In this document: piece by piece, positions 34,935-49,050 of the stretch
Position numbering within the stretch: the stretch's first letter is position 1
Layout of the letters: each line of letters opens with the position of its first letter
Origin: Macrostomum lignano
Lineage: Eukaryota
Reading direction: 5' to 3'
DNA: 64,000 nucleotides
Assembly: GCA_002269645.1 (NCBI GenBank)
Contig: NIVC01003745.1
Location: forward strand, 15,156 to 79,155
Notes under the pieces: model-generated
Told to the model about the DNA's origin: nothing
Database searches by the model: none
Seen by the model: only the letters and a program-made list of their open reading frames with translations
Translations under genes and position numbers: made by a program

Positions 34935-35822
34935 GGAGGGTGCAGATGAGGATTGGAGGATTGGAGAGGGTGCAGATGAGGATTGGAGAGGGTGCAGATG
35001 AGGATTGGAGAGGGTGCAGATGAGGATTGGAGAGGTTGCAGATGAGGATTGGAGAGGGTGCAGATGAGGATTGGAGAGGGTGCAGAAGAGGATTGGAGAG
35101 GGTGCAGATGAATATTGGAGAGGGTGCAGATGAGGATTTGAAAGGGTGCAGATGAGGATTGGAGAGGGTGCAGATGAGGATTGGAGAGGGTGTAGAAGAG
35201 GATTGGAGAGGGTGCAGATGAGGATTGGAGAGGGTGCAGAAGAGGATTGGAGAGGGTGCAGAAGAGGATTGGAGAGGGTGCAGATGAGGATTGGAGAGGG
35301 TGCAGAAGAGGATTGGAGAGGGTGCAGAAGAGGATTGGAGAGGGTGCAGATGAGGATTGGAGAGGGTGCAGAAGAGGATTGGAGAGGGTGCAGAAGAGGA
35401 TTGGAGAGGGTGCAGAAGAGGATTGGAGAGGGTGCAGATGAGGATTGGAGAGGGTGCAGATGAGGATTGGAGAGGGTGCAGAAGAGGATTGGAGAGGGTG
35501 CAGAAGAGGATTGGAGAGGGTGCAGAAGAGGATTGGAGAGGGTGCAGAAGAGGATTGGAGAGGGTGCAGAAGAGGATTGGAGAGGGTGCAGAAGAGGATT
35601 GGAGAGGGTGCAGATGAGGATTGGAGAGGGTGCAGATGAGGATTGGAGAGGGTGCAGAAGAGGATTGGAGAGGGTGCAGATGAGGATTGGAGAGGGTGCA
35701 GAAGAGGATTGGAGAGGGTGCAGATGAGGATTGGAGAGGGTGCAGATGAGGATTGGAGAGGGTGCAGATGAGGATTAGAGAGGGTGCAGATGAGGATTGG
35801 AGAGGGTGCAGATGAGGATTGG
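34935..35822. repeat. 22-bp minisatellite (GAGGATTGGAGAGGGTGCAGA[T/A])
   Basis: About 40 units directly upstream of the TMEM177 acceptor. On the sense strand it is pyrimidine-rich and contains CCAAT. Confidence 0.95.
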
Positions 35823-36421
35823 TGAGTGAATCGCAGTAGTTAGGTAAATTGTACAAGGCTTTACTACTAGCAGTAAGCCAAAAGCAAGACAAAGAAGCGG
35901 TGCTTTTCTGCAGCAAGGCTAATTCAGCTGAGCAGCAGTTGTATTATCAAAGCGTAGAAATTATCAATCATCAGGGCAGGTGGGCAAAGAGACTCAGTCG
36001 GATTGACAATCAGCGAGAAATCAACACTTGATATTCTACTGAAATAAAATGACTCGTATGTACAAGGGTTACAAGGACTCAATGAGTGGACATGAAACTC
36101 ATATGATAATACTTGAAACCAGAGACTATCATATGAGCATGCAGACAGACAGAACAGCTCTCAAACAGAACAATTAATCTCTTTCGACAGGATATTACAG
36201 ACGAATCTTATTAAATAGCTCATTCTGGTGACATTGGGCCATGAAGAACTAAATAGAATAAACCAGCATTCCCTGCAGAAAATGCAGAATCCGGTATTCA
36301 GCACGCAGTGCCAACACCAGCTGACAGAAGTTGGGACCCAGCAGCTCCACATTGATTGGAGACTAAACGATGTTGCAATTAAAAAGCATCGAATGGCCCA
36401 GCGTAGGCAGGGACGCAGCAA

Positions 36422-39400
36422 TCAGACAGGCCGCTGGAACTCGCTGGCCGGCTTCAGTGGCAGCAGTTCGCCAAAGTAGAAGTGCTGGATGATGGGGAAC
36501 TTTGCCAGAATCTCCGCCTTGTACATCTTCACCAGGCCGGAGTTCACCTTGTCCCAGGAGTACACCCCGCTGATGCCGTGCAGCGTGCTGGAGTGCTCCT
36601 CGAAGGGACCGGACTTCACCTGCGGTTGGAGAGGAGCAGTGAGTTAGAGGCGACTCACTGTGTGCTGCGGTGGGGATTCCCAGTGTTCTGCAGTGGGGAT
36701 TCCCAGTGTGCTGCGGTGGGGATTCCCAGTGTTCTGCAGTGGGGATTCCCAGTGTGCTGCGGTGGGGATTCCCAGTGTGCTGCGGTGGGGATTCCCAGTG
36801 TGCTGCGGTGGGGATTCCCAGTGTGCTGCGGTGGGGATTCCCAGTGTGCTGCGGTGGGGATTCCCAGTGTTCTGCAGTGGGGATTCCCAGTGTGCTGCAG
36901 TGGGGATTCCCAGTGTGCTGCAGTGGGGATTCCCAGTGTTCTGCAGTGGGGATTCCCAGTGTGCTGCGGTGGGGATTCCCAGTGTGCTGCGGTGGGGATT
37001 CCCAGTGTTCTGCAGTGGGGATTCCCAGTGTGCTGCGGTGGGGATTCCCAGTGTTCTGCAGTGGGGATTCCCAGTGTGCTGCAGTGGGGATTCCCAGTGT
37101 TCTGCAGTGGGGATTCCCAGTGTGCTGCGGTGGGGATTCCCAGTGTGCTGCGGTGGGGATTCCCAGTGTGCTGCGGTGGGGATTCCCAGTGTGCTGCGGT
37201 GGGGATTCCCAGTGTGCTGCGGTGGGGATTCCCAGTGTGCTGCGGTGGGGATTCCCAGTGTGCTGCGGTGGGGATTCCCAGTGTTCTGCAGTGGGGATTC
37301 CCAGTGTGCTGCGGTGGGGATTCCCAGTGTGCTGCGGTGGGGATTCCCAGTGTTCTGCAGTGGGGATTCCCAGTGTGCTGCGGTGGGGATTCCCAGTGTG
37401 CTGCGGTGGGGATTCCCAGTGTGCTGCGGTGGGGATTCCCAGTGTGCTGCGGTGGGGATTCCCAGTGTGCTGCGGTGGGGATTCCCAGTGTGCTGCGGTG
37501 GGGATTCCCAGTGTGCTGCGGTGGGGATTCCCAGTGTTCTGCAGTGGGGATTCCCAGTGTGCTGCAGTGGGGATTCCCAGTGTGCTGCGGTGGGGATTCC
37601 CAGTGTGCTGCGGTGGGGATTCCCAGTGTGCTGCGGTGGGGATTCCCAGTGTGCTGCAGTGGGGATTCCCAGTGTGCTGCGGTGGGGATTCCCAGTGTGC
37701 TGCGGTGGGGATTCCCAGTGTGCTGCGGTGGGGATTCCCAGTGTTCTGCAGTGGGGATTCCCAGTGTGCTGCAGTGGGGATTCCCAGTGTTCTGCAGTGG
37801 GGATTCCCAGTGTGCTGCGGTGGGGATTCCCAGTGTTCTGCAGTGGGGATCCCCAGTGTGCTGCGGTGGGGATTCCCAGTGTGCTGCAGTGGGGATTCCC
37901 AGTGTGCTGCAGTGGGGATTCCCAGCCCAGTCTTCCGCAGTGGGGATTCTCAGTGTGCTGCGGTGGGGATTCCCAGTGTGCTGCGGTGTGGATTCCCAGT
38001 GTGCTGCGGTGGAGATTCCCAGTGTTCTGCAGTGGGGATCCCCAGTGTGCTGCGGTGGGGATCCCCAGTGTTCTGCAGTGGGGATTCCCAGTGTGCTGCG
38101 GTGGGGATTCCCAGTGTGCTGCGGTGGGGATTCCCAGTGTGCTGCGGTGGGGATTCCCAGTGTGCTGCGGTGGGGATTCCCAGTGTGCTGCGGTGGGGAT
38201 TCCCAGTGTGCTGCGGTGGGGATTCCCAGTGTTCTGCAGTGGGGATTCCCAGTGTGCTGCAGTGGGGATTCCCAGTGTTCTGCAGTGGGGATTCCCAGTG
38301 TGCTGCGGTGGGGATTCCCAGTGTTCTGCAGTGGGGATCCCCAGTGTGCTGCGGTGGGGATTCCCAGTGTGCTGCAGTGGGGATTCCCAGTGTGCTGCAG
38401 TGGGGATTCCCAGCCCAGTCTTCCGCAGTGGGGATTCTCAGTGTGCTGCGGTGGGGATTCCCAGTGTGCTGCGGTGTGGATTCCCAGTGTGCTGCGGTGG
38501 AGATTCCCAGTGTTCTGCAGTGGGGATCCCCAGTGTGCTGCGGTGGGGATCCCCAGTGTTCTGCGGTGGGGATTCCCAGTGTGCTGCGGTGGGGATTCCC
38601 AGTGTGCTGCGGTGGGGATTCCCAGTGTGCTGCGGTGGGGATTCCCAGTGTGCTGCGGTGGGGATTCCCAGTGTGCTGCGGTGGGGATTCCCAGTGTGCT
38701 GCGGTGGGGATTCCCAGTGTGCTGCGGTGGGGATTCCCAGTGTTCTGCAGTGGGGATTCCCAGTGTGCTGCAGTGGGGATTCCCAGTGTTCTGCAGTGGG
38801 GATTCCCAGTGTGCTGCGGTGGGGATTCCCAGTGTTCTGCAGTGGGGATCCCCAGTGTGCTGCGGTGGGGATTCCCAGTGTGCTGCAGTGGGGATTCCCA
38901 GTGTGCTGCAGTGGGGATTCCCAGCCCAGTCTTCCGCAGTGGGGATTCTCAGTGTGCTGCGGTGGGGATTCCCAGTGTGCTGCGGTGTGGATACCCAGTG
39001 TGCTGCGGTGGAGATTCCCAGTGTTCTGCAGTGGGGATCCCCAGTGTGCTGCGGTGGGGATCCCCAGTGTTCTGCAGTGGGGATTCCCAGTGTGCTGCGG
39101 TGGGGATCCCCAGTGTTCTGCAGTGGGGATTCCCAGTGTGCTACGGTGGGGATCCCCAGTGTTCTGCAGTGGGGATTCTCAGTGCGCTGCAGTGGGGATC
39201 CCAAGTGCGCTGCAGTGTGTCACCTTGAATATGTAGTCGAGGCAGCCGAAGAAGAGGTTCTCCTTGGCCAGCTGCTCCGCCTTGCTCCTGTTGGGAATGT
39301 CGGCCGGCTGCACCTTTGGATTGCCGATCAGCTGCGCGCTGCCCCAGATGAAGGGCACGAACTGGAAGTCGTCCAAGCACCAGACTCCGTGGCTGCCAGC

Positions 39401-40460
39401 CGGCTCCATGCGGTAGGTCACCTGGCATGAGCGGGAATGCAAACCATCCGGCATGTAGAAGGTAGAAAATCCTTGCATACTAATCTAAGCCTACGATTAA
39501 ACCTTAAGTCCGAACGGGCCCTCAGAAGCAACTGAAGTCAGCACCAATCAGCCAGATTCCCAGATCCCAGCTTCTGCATCCAGTCACAGATCCCAGCTTC
39601 TGCATCCGCAACACCGCAGATCCCAGCTTCTGCATCCGCAACACCGCAGATCCCAGCTTCTGCATCCACAGTCACAGATCCCAGCTTCTGCATCCGCAAC
39701 ACCGCAGATCCCAGCTTCTGCTTCCAGTCACAGATCCCAGCTTCTGCATCCACAGTCACAGATCCCAGCTTCTGCATCCAGTCACAGATCCCAGCTTCTG
39801 CATCCGCAACGCCGCAGATCCCAGCTTCTGCATCCACAGCCGCAGATCCCAGCTTCTGCATCCACAGCCGCAGATCCCAGCCTCTGCTCCAGCATCCGCA
39901 CTCATAGCTCCCAAAACGCTCACCTGCAAACGCCGCACCAGGTCCAGGTAGCGGGCAAACACGGAGAGCGCAACAGCGGCGCAGTCGGCGGTGACGAGGA
40001 AGCCCGACTTGAACAGGCAGCAGAGGAAGGCCACAAAGGCCAGCTCATGGCCGGTGCCGTAGTCGATGCGGGTGCCGTTGCCAAACGATTCGACAAAGTA
40101 GCGGACGAGCTCGGCGCGCCGCTGCTCCGACAGATCCTGGCTGAGGCCGTCGGCCAGGCAGTCGGCCAGCAGGCCGGGCGCCTCGGACTCGAGCCGCTGC
40201 AGCCAGGTCTTGAAGGCGCGGTTGCCGAACCTGGCCGGCTGCTCTACCGGCGGAATCTCGTCAATCCAGGAGTCCAGCTTGGCCAGCAGGGAGTTGAGGC
40301 GGCCGCAGCGCTCGGACACAGAGTAGCTGTCCGGGCCGGCCTGCAGCGGCTTGCCCCGCACCGAGCTACTCACTGCCGCGATGAAGCCCAGAATCTCCTG
40401 GTAGGCCAGCGACCGCTCCCAGTCGCGCATGTTGGCTGGTGACCGCACGAGCTTCTCCAT
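36422..40460 (-). CDS. PTPA: Serine/threonine-protein phosphatase 2A activator (PTPA/PPP2R4)
   Basis: Exons 40460-39924, 39421-39224, 36619-36422. Motifs [94 protein letters not shown]. Confidence 0.95.
36658..39218. repeat. 2.56-kb 23-bp satellite (GTGTGCTGCGGTGGGGATTCCCA) with higher-order structure
   Basis: About 110 units fill PTPA intron 2. It is the source of the 849-982 aa repeat ORFs. Confidence 0.97.
39555..39890. repeat. Intronic 27-28-bp minisatellite (CAGATCCCAGCTTCTGCATCC...)
   Basis: PTPA intron 1. Confidence 0.9.
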
Positions 40461-40663
40461 GGCAGATCGGGGCGGCTGCTGCGGGCAGGGAAGTTCAGTG
40501 CCGCAATAATCAAAGGCGGGCTTGAGAGGCTGCCAGCAGAAAGCGAAATTTAAATTCGAAATTTAATTAGGCCATAATTTTATTGTTTACGTAGCGAAAA
40601 ATTCTGTCACTTTCACTTTCCAAAAATTTACCTGATCAAAATTGCGAGCTTGTAACGTTTTGG

Positions 40664-40900
40664 GTTAGTGAAGATAAAGACCTCTATGCATTAAAGGTTA
40701 GTGAAGATAAAGACCTCCATGCATTAAAGGTTAGTGAAGATAAAGACCTCCATGCATTAAAGGTTAGTGAAGATAAAGACCTCCATGCATTAAAGGTTAG
40801 TGAAGATAAAGACCTCCATGCATTAAAGGTTAGTGAAGATAAAGACCTCCATGCATTAAAGGTTAGTGAAAATAAAGACCTTAATGCATTAAAGGTTAGT
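40664..40900. repeat. 33-bp tandem repeat, about x7 (GGTTAGTGAAGATAAAGACCTCCATGCATTAAA)
   Basis: Lies in the PPIL2-PTPA spacer. Confidence 0.9.
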
Positions 40901-40996
40901 AAAATTTTGGTAAATCATCAGAGAATATTTCCTAGCTTGTCACCTACAGCTGTTTGAATAAAAAACGCAAGAATCATATGAAAAAGCATTATTATA

Positions 40997-41774
40997 CGAG
41001 GGGTGTCCCAAAAGCAGTGTCACTTCTCACCACATCTCTCGTGCTGCTGATCCAAATAACATCATTTTGCACAGATTTATAGCGGCAACTCTCTTCTTCA
41101 TATTAATTTTAACATCATTAAAAACAGACAATGGAAACAAAAGTTATGAACCAAAATGTAGCAGGAACTCGACCATAGACTTACAGCAAGTAAGCAAGTT
41201 AACAAAAATTCGAAGTGGTAGCTCACAAACAGGTAACAGGCTGCAGTGAATGCTGCAAAATGACTGCGGTGAATGACTGCGATAGACCTATGAGCCGATG
41301 AAAGTTGAGCATGAATCTCGGCTCGACTGTGCCCCGTCCCCAAAAGGGTGTATAACACACTCCTCTGAGCAACACTTGAATGCACATCCCTGACTTTTAG
41401 CGCAGCAGAAGGAGGGAACAAAAAGCAATAAAGCTGAAGCCCAGTTTGAAATATTCTGTTGCTTTAAAAGCTATATGCTTCTCCAAGTTTTTCCATAGAC
41501 ATCTCTTTGTCACAGCAGCCTAACAAAGAAGTCTGAGTGCATTCAATCAAAACTTTCGCTACTTTCCGCTATCTTGTCGAATTACTGTAAGTCTATGGTC
41601 GAGTTCCTGCCACATTTCAGTTCATAACTTTTGGTTCCATTGTCTGTTTTTAATGATATTAAAGTTAATATAAAGAAGAGAGTTGCCGCTATAAATCTGT
41701 GCAAAATGATGTTATTTGGATCAGCAGAACGAGAGATACAGTGAAAAGCAACACCACTTTTGGGGCACCCCTCC
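40997..41774 (-). mobile_element. Non-autonomous mariner-type DNA transposon (778 bp, about 190-bp TIRs)
   Basis: 40997-41186 is an approximately 90% identical inverted copy of 41585-41774. Ends are TA|CGAGGGGTGTCCCAAAAG and CCCCTCC|TA. The internal minus-strand remnant QRSVLYTLLGTGHSRAEIHAQL resembles a mariner transposase N-terminal HTH. Confidence 0.85.
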
Positions 41775-41939
41775 TAGCAACAATATTATATATTTATTGC
41801 GTGCTTGCTCAGTTTAAGCTTGAGGCAAAAATTTCGCACAGCACAAATACAGCTGGAGCAGAGGAGTGAGTTGGTCAGGGCCACGCAGCATCAAGAGCAA
41901 GCAAATCAGAGTTTCTTAGAAACGCAGAACTGGTGGCCA

Positions 41940-44900
41940 TCACCAGCCGCTGAAGTCGCTCAGCTGGCTCGTGTCCTTCACAGAGCGGGGCTTCTTGGGC
42001 GGCCCCGAATCCGGCTGAGCCTGCGGGACTTGCCGCTTGCCCTGCTGCTGCTTCTGCAGCTGGCGCAGGTTGAGGAACTGCCCGACGCCGGTGCCGAAGG
42101 CCTTCTTCGGCTGCGAGGTCACCGCGGGAGTCGCCGAGGTGGTGGCGGCGGACTGCGAGGAAGCGGGAGCGGCTGCAGAGGCGATAGCGGCCCGCTCAGA
42201 GGCCAGAGCTGCGTCCACCTGCTCGAAGGGGTCCACGAACACCTGCGAATATCGGCGTGGTGCGGGGGGCGGGGTGAGGAGACTCCAGCCACAACCGCCT
42301 TTACTTACTGATTTCACAGTTTGCGCCCTCAGAACAGATTCAGCAAAAATATCACAAGTAACCAAAATAAAGCTGGCATTTCACTGAGCTCTGCAGCCAA
42401 GAATACAAGTACATCCGCACTCAGTGACCTGAGCTCTGCAGCCAGGAATACAAGTACATCCGCACTCAGTGACCCGAGCTCTGCAGCCAAGAATACAAGT
42501 ACATCCGCACTCACTGACCTGAGCTCTGCAGCCAAGAATACAAGTACATCCGCACTCACTGACCTGAGCTCTGCAGCCAAGAATACAAATACATCCGCAC
42601 TCAGTGACCCGAGCTCTGCAGCCAAGAATACAAGTACATCCGCACTCAGTGACCTGAGCTCTGCAGCCAAGAATACAAGTACATCCGCACTCAGTGACCC
42701 GAGCTCTGCAGCCAAGAATACAAGTACATCCGCACTCAGTGACCTGAGCTCTGCAGCCAAGAATACAAGTACATCCGCACTCAGTGACCCGAGCTCTGCA
42801 GCCAAGAATACAAGTACATCCGCACTCACTGACCCGAGCTCTGCAGCCAAGAATACAAGTACATCCGCACTCAGTGACCTGAGCTCTGCAGCCAAGAATA
42901 CAAGTACATCCGCACTCAGTGACCTGAGCTCTGCAGCCAAGAATACAAGTACATCCGCACTCAGTGACCCGAGCTCTGCAGCCAAGAATACAAGTACATC
43001 CGCACTCACTGACCCGAGCTCTGCAGCCAAGAATACAAGTACATCCGCACTCAGTGACCTGAGCTCTGCAGCCAAGAATATAAGTACATCCGCACTCAGT
43101 GACCTGAGCTCTGCAGCCAAGAATACAAGTACATCCGCACTCAGTGACCTGAGCTCTGCAGCCAAGAATACAAGTACATCCGCACTCAGTGACCTGAGCT
43201 CTGCAGCCAAGAATACAAGTACATCCGCACTCAGTGACCTGATTTCTGCAGCCAAGAATACAAGTACATCCGCACTCAGTGACCTGAGCTCTGCAGCCAA
43301 GAATACAAGTACATCCGCACTCAGTGACCTTTGCTCTGCAGCAAAGAATAAAAGTACATCCGCAATGTAATTAATTAACAATTTCATTCTGACGTGTTGG
43401 GGGTTGTCGCTGACTATTGACTGGCTAGATATTAAACTGACTCACTTTGTGCCCTACTTACCCTGCATAGCGTCCACCCCACTCATGCGTACATCAATGC
43501 GCACATAGCGTACTTTCAAATCTAACTTTTATCAATAACTCAAATATCGTTTTATACCACTACGTATTTAAATAACTGAATCTAGCTTTTCTTTGTTGTA
43601 ATATTTACTCAGCAAATATATCAGTTCGCTGCATTATTGTTCAAATTAAACAAGCCTTGTCTGCGTCGCGTCACATCCTGCAGCCAAATCACTGAACTCT
43701 GCAGCCAAGAATAAAAGTACATCCGCACTCAGTGACTCGAACTCTGCATCCAGGAATAAAAGTACATCCGCACTCAGTGACTGAGCTCTTCAGCCAAGAA
43801 TAAAAGCTTACCTGGGCACTGAGAATTCGCACGTCCTCAATCGGCCGGTCATTCTTGTCAACCTCAACGGTCTCGATTCGGTCCAGCGTGTCCGAGCCGC
43901 CGACCAGTCGGCCGAACACGGTGTGCCGCCTGTCCAGATGCCGACAGGACCTGTAGGTGATGAAGAACTGGCTGCGGTTCGAGTTCGGGCCCGAGTTCGC
44001 CATGCTCAGCACGCCGCGGCTGTCGTGATTGAGAAACGGGCGCAGCTCGTCGCGGATGGAGCCGCCCCAGGCGCTCTCACCGCCCGAGCCCGTGCCGGTG
44101 GGGTCGCCGCCCTGCAGCACGAAATGGCGCACGGATCTGGGAGTGACAGTCCGGGAGTGACGGAGTGGCATGAATTTCAAGTCGTGACGCTTTTAGAATT
44201 AATCTGATCGAATCTTCACCAGATAAGTTTTTATCCGGGTGTCCAAGACTGAGATTTGAGCTCGCGATAGGCCAGAGCCGCTGAGCCAGGACCTCAGCCA
44301 CGGACACACGGATTCAAAGTTCTATCAAATGATCAGTACGCCGCACTTTTGCGCGCACACTCGAGATCTGCTTCAAATTCATTTTTTTCAACTCGTTAGT
44401 AGGCCGGGCTATTTTTAATATGCGACTGACACAATAATTCATCTTATTAAAGTCTTCACAATAAATGAAGCCCGCAAGTCTCACCTATGAAACACGGTGC
44501 CATTGTAGTAACCCTTGCGGCACAGAAGGATGAAATTCTCGCAAGTCTTCGGACAGTGCTCGCAGTCCAGCTCCAGGTTCAGCTGGCCGAAGTTGGTCTC
44601 CAGGCGGACGTAGCCTTTTGTTTTGACCCGGGGTACCTCACCTGGTCGTCATCGAGCCTGGCCGCTTCCAGGTGGGTCACTCGGTCCATTGTGGTGGAGG
44701 TGAAGCTAGCCGCCGCTGCGCCAGTTGAGTAATGAGCTGCATTGATGGTGTCATCTGCCTGCGGGAGGTCGGATTGAACTCACTGCTCAGCATGTCGCAC
44801 TCAGCCCCTTGAACTCTGTATCCCATCTAAATCCCATCTGCTTGACCTCACATCCCCGTCCCACCGTCGCCTCACCTTCCTCCGCAGGCCGGCGCCCTCG

Positions 44901-46318
44901 GCAACATCGGGGCCGCGGAGCGCCTCCCGGTTGGCTTTGGAGTTGGCGGCCGCATCGGCTCGAATTTTGGCCACAGAAGCCAGGGCCTCGCGGGCCTCCT
45001 GAGACGCCACCCGAGCCGACTGGCCGCCGCTGCCGTCGTCCAGCTTGACTCGGTTCTTGACGTGGTAGAAGTTGGTGATGTCCCGCTTGTCAAAGTTCAT
45101 GGGATCCTGGATGGTGATGATGTCGGAGCGGGCGAACGGCTTGCCGTCCAGCAGGTCCTGCCAGTTTCCCGGCTTCACGTTCAGCTGGTCGACCGCGTCC
45201 TGGCGACGGAGCAGAAATCCAGGCTTTGTGCTTATGGTGCGGTGAGGGCCAGCCTAGCAGCAACTTATTCAGCTTTTCTTGCCAATCTGCCATGTGTCCA
45301 ACCCAAACTGTCATGTGTCCATCACAATCTGCCATCTGTCTATACCAATCTGCCATTTGTCCATCTCAATCTGCCATCTGTCCAGCAATATCTGCCATCT
45401 GTCCATCCCAATCTGCCATCTGTCTATACCAATCTGCCATGTGTCCATCCCAATCTGCCATGTGTCCAGCCCAATCTGCCATCTGTCCAGCAATATCTGC
45501 CATCTGTCCATCCCAATCTGCCATCTGTCTATACCAATCTGCCATGTGTCCATCCCAATCTGCCATGTGTCCATCCTAATCTGCCATCTGTCTATCCCAA
45601 TCTGCCATGTGTCCAGCCCAATCTGCCATCTGTCCATCCCAATCTGCCATCTGTCCAGCCCAATCTGCCATCTGTCCAGCCATATCTGCCATCTGTCCAT
45701 CCCAATCTGCCATCTGTCTATACCAATCTGCCATCTGTCCATGACAATCTTCCATCTGTTTAGATTCATCTTTCAAATATCTTTCACGATATTTAACGTC
45801 CAATTCTATTCCACATCACTCTAAACCCAACTGTCGCCTCTATCCCAAATATTATTAACTGCCGCCAGCCAATATTCCCAATGTCATTGACTACCGCCTG
45901 TATCCTGAACTGCGGTCATCGCCACAAGACTCACCTTAGAGTAAACATTGCCGGAGGTCGTTATGGCAACGATATGGCTGCTGGGCGTGAAGACCTTGTA
46001 GGTGACGGGACAGAAGTAGCGGCCCTCCGCGTTCTTGTGGAAGTGCAGCTCCACCAGGTCGCGCCGGGTCATCTTCTCGCCCGTGACGGGGCTGACGCCG
46101 AACTGCTTGAGAAAGTCCTGAATGTTCTTCAGGTCGAACACCACGCCATCTCGCGTGCACAGCGGCGTCGTGAACGGCTGCAGGCTGAGGGCGCAGAAGT
46201 CAAACGGCAGGCGCTTCAGCACGGTCTGGGCGGGCCGGCCGGTCTTGCCGCCGAAGTCCTCCGCCCACTCGGTGGGTCGGATGTGCAAAGTGTCCTTGGA
46301 GTGCTGCTTCTTGCCCAT
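41940..46318 (-). CDS. PPIL2: RING-type/U-box E3 ubiquitin ligase cyclophilin PPIL2 (Cyp60)
   Basis: Exons 46318-45935, 45199-44876, 44758-44485 (one base short at 44630-33), 44136-43812, 42242-41940. Motifs [103 protein letters not shown] on the minus strand at 41798-41793. Confidence 0.95.
42384..43366. repeat. 45-bp minisatellite, about x22, in PPIL2 intron 4 (further degenerate copies at 43693-43805)
   Basis: The unit length is a multiple of 3, which produces spurious 349/352-aa ORFs on both strands. Confidence 0.95.
45285..45750. repeat. Intronic 21-bp minisatellite (CCAATCTGCCATCTGTCCATC)
   Basis: PPIL2 intron 1. Confidence 0.9.
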
Positions 46319-46349
46319 TGCTGCTGCGGGGTGGCAAGGCTGGCTGTAA

Positions 46350-46560
46350 GCTGGCCAATCAGAGCGGGCTGTGACTGACTGGCCAATCAGAGTGGGGTGT
46401 GACTGGCTGGCCGAGCAGAGTGGGGTCTGACTGGCTGGCCAATCAGAGTGGAATGGGACTGGCTGACCAATCAAAGTGGAGTGGGACTGGCTGGCGGGGT
46501 GTGACTGGCTGGCCAATCAGAGTGGGGTCTGACTGGCTGGCCAATTAGAGCGGGGTCGGA
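46350..46560. repeat. 28-bp repeat carrying GGCCAATCAG immediately upstream of PPIL2
   Basis: About 7 units of CTGGCTGGCCAATCAGAGTGGGGTGTGA-like sequence. Confidence 0.85.
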
Positions 46561-47234
46561 CTGACCCCACCACAATCGGAGTGAGGGCAGGTCAATAAAA
46601 GTTGGCGGTCTAAATGTTCCACCAGATTTTTTAAAATAAAAACAAGCCCCGACGTGCTGTGGTACAAGGAAAAAATTTATTGACAAATATTAAATATGTA
46701 TATTGCTCAAGCGGACACAGACCCGTACAAAGCGAGTTGCCATTGAAAAAAACTTTAAAGCCGCATAAAACACGATGCCTTAAACGGAAAACTACGGTAT
46801 ATATGAATCAGTTGGCAAAAAGCAGGTATAGCGATCAGATTACTGAATTAATATTTGTAATTGCTGAGTACAGCTGGCTTATTGCAACAGAAAAAACACA
46901 ACTGCGCGTCAGTAACTGAAGCATTGGAAATATACAGTACTAATTACTGGCTTAACCCAGACTTCAGTAAGCAGTCATGATTTATGGGAGTTCAATAAAC
47001 ATAAAATTCAAAACCAATCACAAAGATCTCTATGGGGCATCGAAAACCTCATCTGCATTTGGTGCGGATGCACAATTCGATTCGCCAAGATCCCCTACTT
47101 GTTCACAGCGGTGTTGAGCACACTGCTCAGGAAGGTCTCACAGCTGATGCAGATCCCCGAACCCAGATCCCCTACTTGTTCACAGCGGTGTTGAGCACAC
47201 TGCTCAGGAAGGTCTCACAGCTGATGCAGATCCC

Positions 47235-49050
<1,816 letters not shown>

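Noticed and set aside
36482-39430. 849-982 aa ORFs in several frames (Cys/Gly/Trp-rich repeats)
   Set aside because: They are translations of a stop-free 23-bp satellite lying inside PTPA intron 2, which is bounded by canonical splice sites.
42321-43387. 349-aa Ser/Thr-rich and 352-aa hydrophobic ORFs on opposite strands
   Set aside because: They come from a 45-bp intronic repeat in PPIL2, whose flanking exons join in frame without it.
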